From the NCBI GenBank assembly GCA_028023455.1, contig JAQFVV010000010.1:3968001-4032000 (forward strand): DNA of 64,000 nt. The letters run 5' to 3'. The translations under genes and the position numbers were made by a program. The notes below the pieces were generated by a model. It was not told where the DNA came from. It searched no databases and worked only from the letters and a program-made list of their open reading frames with translations. The DNA is from Epiperipatus broadwayi. Lineage: Eukaryota; Animalia; Onychophora. Positions 55,386-64,000 of the stretch are shown here, one piece after another (positions within the stretch are counted from its first letter, which is position 1; each line of letters starts with the position of its first letter).

Positions 55386-58135
55386 TCGAAGGGTAGATGC
55401 ATTAATAAAAAATAGAGATTTGGAGAACTAGTATGGAGAAAAAGATTTTATATGTAGAAATAAACAATATTGGGTGCTAGTTAATTTATATTAATAGCAA
55501 ATTAAATAGTTTACTGTTTAAGGCTCAAGAGAATCATAAGCAACAAGGGAATATACACAAAAATGAGAAATGTGGATAATTTAGTCTGCAAGTTATGTAA
55601 GGAAGGCATGGAGAATATTAGGAATCTATTAACTGAATGTAAATGTTAGAAGCAGAAAGTGTACAAATAATGAAGTTCTGGAAGAATTAATATAAACAAA
55701 TGAAAATGATTATACAGAAAATGGGTTCTTGGTTTTTTTGCTAGGTTTGTTAAAAAGATATGGGGAATTTAGATATAAAGCCATAGAGTAGACAAAGATA
55801 AGAATAATGTTGTGGAAATGGGATGAAATAGTATAGAGAAGAATATGCGGAAAACTTAGGTTGAGAATTAAAAGTGAGGGTAATGTGGCTAATAGGTTTC
55901 TCTGGGCATAGTGACTGAGACATTCCTATCTCCGAGAAAGGAGAAGCCATAATGCATCGCATTGCACTATTCTATAAATTCAACATTTTTTTGAAAGTTT
56001 GGTTCTCGTGAAAGTATTTTATATTAAAGTATAAATTAATTATAAATTATGTATTTTAAATCTTATTATTAGTTGTAAATTACATATTTACAAAAATTTT
56101 GTCTTTCAAATTTTTAAGTTTTTTATTTGTCTTATAAACGGGCAAAAAATAAGGTCAACTGTAAATATTGAATTTTATGTCATACAATACTAAAGGATAA
56201 ATAAATTGGAAGTTACATATTTGTTTCTTTTTCATAAAAGAAAATATCTTACTTAATCAATGCCTAGTACAATAAAAATGAGCTGAGTTAATGAAAAAAA
56301 AAAAGAATTTAAATTGTTAAAATTTTGATTACTGGCAACAAACACAATGAACATCCTGAAGAACGGATAGAAAGAGTTTCTGGTTTGCTGCTGTTTTATT
56401 GCCAAGATAATATATGTGATCTAGATGAATCCGAAATAGTTCATTTTCTTCAGAATTTGGCTTCAGTCCATTAATATTCAGTCACTTAGGTGTTTACTCC
56501 AGTCAGCAGATTGATGTAATGTCTTTGATAGTTAACAGTTGAATAAGTGTTTTATTTTTTAATTATGAATTGGATACATAAATGTTCAATATTTCAACAA
56601 AGCATATTTTATTATTGTACAGGTACAAACATATTTATTTTCAGATTACTTTGTAAAAAGTAAAAAAAAACTATTTCACATTACAGGAAAATATTTTATT
56701 TTTCAGTTATAAAATATGCATAAATGTTTAATTTTTGCAGCTTAATAATAAAAAAAAACTATTTTATTTAAATAAAGATAAATGATATAAAAATACAAAT
56801 ATCTATTTTTTACTATTTACATATTTATTTTTAGATTACTTTATAAAAATCTGTTTCAATATTCATGCCTTTAAACATGCATCACTATAAAATATTATTA
56901 ATTTTTACATTATGCTGTCCACTATCATCCTATCTCCTTTCATTCCATGAATAGTCCTTTCATTAAATTATTTTTCTATCTAAAACACAGTTATTGTTTT
57001 ACTATTTGAATATGCCATCCATCAGATATGGTAATCTAGCCAAATTTTATGATACATCAGTTTTTTTTTTACAATTTTTTATATTAGTTTGCCTAAAGGA
57101 AGAGACGAGATGTTTAAATGTGACTGCTTAAGTATTCACTTATATCCTGAATAAAGCTGATGTTTCAAATTTCGTGCCAGATCTTGTGTAATGATTCCCA
57201 ATCCTCTAAATCTACTTTCTCCACTACTTTGTTATATAATAATTAATACATAGAAATATTTGATAGCATGAATAGTTTATGACAAACCGGTTCTATACCA
57301 CAGATGTCACAAATGGTAACTAGTCTGATGAATTATTTATCAATCTATAAGGCAGTAGATAATTTGTATTGGAATTGAGATTTAGCCTGTGATGATCCAA
57401 TATCATATTATACAAAATAGCAGAAGATAATCTTGATTGGCATTACTTATATCCTTTTTATAATTAATTTTTATATTTTAAAAGTAATTGTTATAATCTT
57501 AATTCAGCACTTGATAGAAGCTGGGCTACCAGGTGAAATATTCAGCCATTAATACTCTTAAGCTCTTTCACAATTGAAAAATGACAAAGGCAATATTTTA
57601 TTATATAATATGGATTTAAAAAAATTCATATTTTAGTAACATATAGCATGTAAAAGTTGGATCTGTGATCACGTGTCTATTTTCTAATTTTGACAATACA
57701 TAGCATCAAACCATTCAATCTCTCATTGTCAAAAATAATAAAGTTTTTTAATCAATGAATGATTATTAAAAATTAGTTTTGCCTCCACCTTTTTTTGTAG
57801 AGAAGATAGCAAAAAAATTCCAATTACAGTCCATTGGTCAGGAAATCATAATCTATAACTGAAAACAATGCCAAAAATAGCAATTCCCTGCTTCTAAATG
57901 TTGCCCCATATAAATCTTTTCCACGTAAAAAATTTTGACTTTGAAAGATGGAACGTCATTGTTTATTAATTTTTTTCCTAGATTTGAAAAATTGAAAATA
58001 ATTTCAAATAAATTACAGATATTTTTTTTTTAAAGAGATAAAACATAAATTTACATGAGAAATAATATCTGTTATGAAAAAAAGTTAGTTGTTTGAAATG
58101 TGTATAAAAACAGGAAAAACTCTCTATATACATAT

Positions 58136-58321
58136 TGCCACTCAGTGCAAGCCAGAGTAATCAATGGATGCCAGAAGGCTTGTGCATAAAATCTTTAACT
58201 AGTGTCTACTTATCCAATATCCTCGGACTAGTTTCTGGCTTGTGGCCTTCGTATAGAGAGTTTTGCATGTTTTAATAACAGTTAAGAGCAAACATAAAAA
58301 ATGGTGATCATGTGATGTTTA
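58136..58321 (-). mobile_element. Deleted relic of the hammerhead-hairpin element
   Basis: Minus strand shares catcacatgatcacc...gcaaaactc, ggccacaagccagaaactagtc and the whole 3' arm with 6200-6480, but lacks the 5' arm and CTGAT. Confidence 0.8.
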
Positions 58322-60817
58322 AAATGTGTTTGTGGTTTTTTTTAAAATTATCACTTTCTATTTTTTTTTTTTTAATGTGGTTGATTAAATTCGATGCCCA
58401 AACTGTGTTACTATCATAATTGCATTTGACAAAATCTCTGATCAATGATTTCTCAGTCTTTTGTGTTCTTTTCAAAAATCCTCAATATCTGCTGCTGCAA
58501 TTTCTATTGAAATTTCATTAGATTGTAATAATTTATTTCTCTCAATAGTAGTCAATATTTTAAACTCTTGGAAAATCATTTCTTTGGGAAAATAAAAACA
58601 TTTTAATCTATGTGCGTCTGAATGATGCTGAATTGTTTTTAGTAAAAAATTTTTACTATTTGGACTGGAATTAAAAAATGTAGACAGGTGTTATTTATTT
58701 TCAAAAAAAGAAGATATAATAACATTTGGTTGCATTTATACCCAATGAATTAAATGAATATCCCCTGGACTGAAAATTGAGCATAACCTTGTTTAATTTT
58801 GAATAAAAGTTGAATACCTCTTATTTTTCCAGACATGTTAGTCCTTGTTGAAATCTAGGTTTAGGTTTTCTTATATGAATTTCAAATTCATTTAATCATG
58901 ATAACTATTTTGTTGCTAATTCTTTGCCTACCTTAACAACAGAAACCAAAAAATTGAACAAATCTATGCGGTTACAATTTATTTTTGAATTTGTAAATTC
59001 TTGTATTTACTATAAACATATTATAACAAAATTGAAACATTTTGCTCTATATGTAAATGGTTGATGTAACGGTATTCCACGTGGCCCTCTTATTCTTTGC
59101 TGTAATGTATGTGGATTTCATGTTAGGATTAATGGGTGTTATGATTGATCAAACTAGATGCCTTTAATATAAACATCCTAGGTGATCAGAATGGGTCTGT
59201 GTTAAAACTATTTTAAGCACTAACACCAGCCATATTTCTTGACCATGATTCCCTATAAAATCGGTTCAAATTGGAGATTCTATTCCCAGTTACTCTAAAT
59301 ATTTTTTTGTATTTATAATTGATCTACTATTGCAACAGAATCTAGGGTGCCACTTCAATAATGAGGAATGTAACCCCCCCCCTCTTTTTTGATATTAAAT
59401 CCTTTCATTGTCTGTAACTCATTCAGATAAACATGAAAACGTCTACAGGGTCATCATATTTATTGATTCAATGAACATATATTATTGCTTATCTGTAATC
59501 CAAAAGAAAAGTATCACAATTACATTTACATTTATGTGTTAATGTCACAGTCTAGAGAATAGATGCTATTCATAGCATTTTCATAATATAATTTTATTGT
59601 ATTTTTCATATTGAATTTTTTATTTCTTTTAACATTTAAAATATATTGATTATAAATGGAGATAAATTATTTTTCTGATATTTATTTGGAATTGCTTTTC
59701 TTGTTTTACTAGTATTCTTTAGCATGTTCAAAGTCTTCTTTTAATAACTTGATCATAGTTAGAAATTAATTTTTAACAAATCTAAAAAATTTGCTGTTAT
59801 ACGGATAATTAGTTTTGTGATTTTCATTATGAAATGGTACATTTTTAATTGCTGAAACTATAAACATATTGAGCAATTTTTAAAGTATTTCTCTGAATTT
59901 ATTTACTGATTATTAATTTTCATTTCATAATTCAAATTTGATTCTTCACTGCTTGCCAAGCTAGACTTAAACTTTTTTCAGATCTTAACAGATTTTGATT
60001 AAAGCAAATAGGAAGAGAAGGTTTATTCTTAAAAAATTTGATATTAATTTTGTCCATTTAAATACTTTAATTTCAGTATTTAATTTATCATTGACGTCTT
60101 ATTTTCACTTAAACTCTCAGGGCAATATTTCTGATCTTACAATTGAAAAAAAAAACATATCAGTCTCCATATGATATTGGTAAGTGTGATTTTCATTTTC
60201 AATTTCTTTTTTATTTTTAGTTTCTTATTGATGATTTTTGTTTTTGTTTAATTGTTAATTTGGTGATTGGATATATGTATCCTGATTCTTATTATGATTG
60301 AAATATCTCAACAACTAATGTTTTGTTTTTTCAATATTTTCTTATTTATTTATTTATCTTTAACAATTTTTTTTTTTGAATGGCAGAAGAAAACTTATTT
60401 TTCATAGGATGCAACAATAATATGGAATATTAAAAAAGTTCCAATAGTAGATGGGAGTTGTTAAGCAACTATTAAATATTAGCTTTTAACTAGTATTCTT
60501 GTAGTTAGTAAATTGAATTTTTTTTGGGTTATATTTAGATATTTGTCCCTCCATAGCGCTCTTTTGTTTTTTTGGCTAAGAACATCTACTTTTCGTATTT
60601 TGTTGATTACTTTTTTTATGCATGATTTCATGCCATAGTTATAAGATATGTTTGGAAAGTTTTTTTCAACACATATCCTTTCCCTATTAAAGATTGTCAT
60701 ATATTTAAAGCACCATAGGTTTCTGGCAATTTAAACAGGTAATAAATGTAAATATTAACTAATATTAATGTTAATATTTTGATATATATTTACCACAGTA
60801 TCCCTTATACTATGTTA

Positions 60818-61050
60818 TTTTTTTTCTATCTATATATTTATCTTTATGATAAAAAAAATACAAATTTATTTTAAATTGTTTATATATACTTTCATGGCAG
60901 CAGAAAAGAGTTTGCTGTTAACTGAAAAGAGAATCTTTGATTTTTTCTATCTATATATTTATCTTTATGATGAAAAAAAAATACAAATTTATTTTAAATT
61001 GTTTATATATACTTTCATGGCAGCAGAAAAGAATTTGCTGTTAACTGAAA
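60818..61050. repeat. Near-perfect tandem duplication, unit about 121 bp
   Basis: ttttttctatctatatatttatc...gctgttaactgaaa occurs twice. Confidence 0.92.
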
Positions 61051-61199
61051 GGAAACCTCTGAATTTAAGATCAAGAAACACTAATGATTTCTCAGATGTC
61101 TGAATTCTTAACTAAAATATCAGTTGTTTTTTTTGAAGGCAGATAATGTGTGTGGAAATGAATTTTTTTTGGAGGCTGTAAATTTGTGAGCCAAGCCAG

Positions 61200-63030
61200 C
61201 ACAGTTGGCAATCAATATGAAGGATAATAAGAATCCCCTGATTGGAAATTTCAGGCTGCTATTTGATGGTAATTTTTTTATTTGGATATTTATAACTGCA
61301 AACCACTTTCCCTTGAAGGAAGATTGCACTAATTGAAAGAACTGCCTAATATTAAATGAGACATTGTTCGACTTTATGAAATTAAAAGGAACGGTGAAGA
61401 GACAATCAATTTAAAACCAGTGGACATGTATTACATTGCAAAGGTACAAAAATTGGGAGCACAAGTGAAGTCAGATTTATTATAAATTAAAAGTGGAAGA
61501 ATAACATTATGGAGATTAATAATATATTAGACAGAGTTATAAGATTAGTTATTCATTTTAATGAAAGATAACAAATATAGATAGTTCATGTTTAAGCCCC
61601 AGCAAATTATCATTGTGATGAAGTAGAGCAAACATTTAAAAATTGTTTTGGGAGACTAATGCTAGAATTGGTAATTAATTGAAAGATGAAATATTTGATT
61701 ATTATGATAGAAATGAGGGTGGATACAGATTTGTGGGATCCATAGGCAAAGAAAAACTTTATAATGACATTCTTTTTTTGAAAAAAATATGAAATGTACA
61801 TGGCAGCATCCAAGTGAAGGTACAACAGGATTGGGTTAAAATTTGACTAACAGAAAATATGCATTTCAAGATAGTAATATTCTTAATAAATTCAGCACTA
61901 AAAGTGATCATCAATTAGTTAGATGTAAGATACATGTCAGTGCAAAACTAGAAACAAAAATTAAGAAAAACTGTTCATAATTGATATTCTTAATCTTGAG
62001 AAATATTCAAATCAGTTTAAATTAGAACATGGAAATCATTTTAAATTATTAACATATTTTGAAGATGACTCAGATTTGGATGAAATCAATAAGAAAATAA
62101 TATTCTATTAAGAACTACAATGAAAATGAAAATAGTTGGTACAAAACACCAGTAATTAACTACTAATATTTTACTTAGATAAGACAATTTATGAAGAAAA
62201 AAATATGAATATATAAATATGAACTTTTAAAATATATTGAATATCTAGAGTTTTGTAAAATGATACAAAGAAGAGTTAATAAAAATATAAGTTAACAAGG
62301 AAAGCTATAGATGAGAACAAAAATTTCAAAAGTGTGAAACATTTTAGTATTGATAAGAAACTTATTTCCGCAAGAAGAAGGAAAGATGAAATTATTGTTA
62401 AAAAGAAAGATTATATTACGAAATGTGTGGAAGAAGTCTATAAAGAATTTTATAGTAATAAAGAACAAAAAAAAAATATTCTCAAACAATTACTACATCT
62501 TTTGAATGTCTCAGCATTTTAAATAACGATGAGAGTGCAATTAAATCTATGAAAAAGATAAAAACTCCATGCAATGAATATTTTAAAAGAAATTTCAAAA
62601 AAATTGAAAAATTGTTGGTAAAGTTTTATAACAAATTTCTAAATGATAAAGTGCATCAGATAATTGGAAGAATGCAGTAGTAATATTAATATTTTTAAAA
62701 AAAGGTGATAAAAAGGATATTATTCATTAGAGACAAAATTATTACCAAAATAATTACCACTTCCTTTACTGCAAACACCAACTAAAAACAAATGCTGGAT
62801 TTAATAATGGTTTTAGCACCAGGGAATCACATCCTAGTAGTTATAGAAAAGACAAATATGAGTTGCCATTATCCTTTGGATTTATAGATTATGAAAAGGC
62901 ATTTGATTCTATAAAAAGCATTTTTACAGTGATCAAAGCATTGGATCATCAAGATATAGACCCAGGATATGGTAATATTTTGAAACATTTCATCACAATG
63001 CAATTGTAAAAATTAGATTACATAATGATA
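61200..63030 (+). mobile_element. Decayed RTE-like LINE of the same family, 3'-truncated
   Basis: NARIG, TWQHPS and GFIDYEKAFDS relics; similar to 39.5-41.3 kb. Confidence 0.75.
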
Positions 63031-64000
63031 CTAAATAATAAAAGCCTAAAGCTAAATTAGACAATAAAATAATTAAAATTACCCCAAATTCAAAATTAAA
63101 TAAGACTAGATAAAAGAAAATAAACTCTATAACACAACAATTGGTTTCCCTGCCAAAAGCAGATTTCAACTGTAAAAGATTAAAAACATTCCCAATTATA
63201 AGGAACTCTTAAACAGGTTAATTGCTTCAGAATCATAAATTTTTAACAGTAAAGGTTCCTTAATTTTTCTTTTTATTTTATTTCTTTCAAAGAAGACAAC
63301 CATAACCTCCATCAAAAGTATTAGTGGGGCCTGTATTTCTTTCGTGGATATATATATATAAAGCAGAAGTAAGATATTTATTTGTAGCCCTACTTTTATG
63401 TATTTTATTTTTTCATACAAACTCAAACTATTCTGACTTATATATCACTTTTTACAAAAACAAGGAATAATATACATTACTCCAGTAATAGTTTTCCTGT
63501 CAAAAATCTCTTTTTGTATTATTTAATCAATCATTCAATATAAAACTTTTCTTCCAAGCAAATTTCTAATTTTCAGACAAATTAATATTTTTACCTACAA
63601 TTCTATAAGAAGAAAAAAACAAAATAATATTTTTCTTTATTTTTCACATTATTAAAATTATAACAACACCACAATTACTATTAATTAAAATACTTTTAAC
63701 AAATTTATCAGAGTAGCCAACACTCAAATAATTTTTATAAAATTGTTTAGTTTCAAAAAATAATGGATGTATTAGTAAATAAATATATATATAAAATATA
63801 AATCTTTATTAAAAAGAGGCACAAAATAAAATAAATACAAAGCTAAAAAAATGCCGAAAAATAAAATATAATAAAAAAAAACTTATAGAATTTAAAAAAA
63901 CAACAACATAACATACTAAATTAATATTTAGCTTTTAGTTATAATGCATGTAATTTGATAGCTTCAGTATAATTTATTGTTTTAAATGTAGTTGTTTCTA

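Larger units (their letters stand above)
51755..55971 (+). mobile_element. APE-type LINE copy B, head-to-tail with copy A
   Basis: IKIGYLNMQGG...GGVGVI endonuclease start, FADDMFL; colinear with copy A; same 3' end gcatcgcattgcactatt. Confidence 0.85.

Noticed and set aside
1055-63426. The many 60-100 aa I/F/L/K-rich ORFs in the track
   Set aside because: Compositional artefacts of AT-rich DNA or off-frame readings of LINE relics.
43041-64000. RBM25 RRM exon (TVFVGNI...)
   Set aside because: Not found by eye; presumably beyond the window. The acceptor-like site at about 47483 does not open an RBM25-like frame.

Overview
Very AT-rich eukaryotic (probably arthropod) genomic DNA, mostly intronic and rich in decayed transposons, with a 500-N scaffold gap at 13646-14145. 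The only host coding sequence I can support is three short Pro/Met-rich exons resembling the N-terminus of the splicing factor RBM25. The ATG exon (MSFPPHRPP...) lies on the minus strand at 4173-4278. The two following, phase-compatible exons lie on the plus strand at 28710-28756 and 42927-43040, downstream of a CpG-rich, apparently bidirectional promoter at about 27.2-27.7 kb. Misassembly, a real inversion or paralog, and trans-splicing all remain possible. The second highlight is a set of hammerhead ribozyme motifs of the Penelope/retrozyme type: one with an intact core capping a perfect 118-bp hairpin (6243-6508), one near-canonical copy (27991-28036) and two relics. The rest comprises an internally deleted Gypsy element whose probable LTRs flank it, an L1/Tx1-like LINE 3' fragment, a BovB-like and three other RTE-like relics, two head-to-tail copies of another LINE, three members of an unclassified TIR element family, a BED-finger relic and several local tandem duplications. 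Repeat boundaries and strand skews were judged by eye and are approximate.
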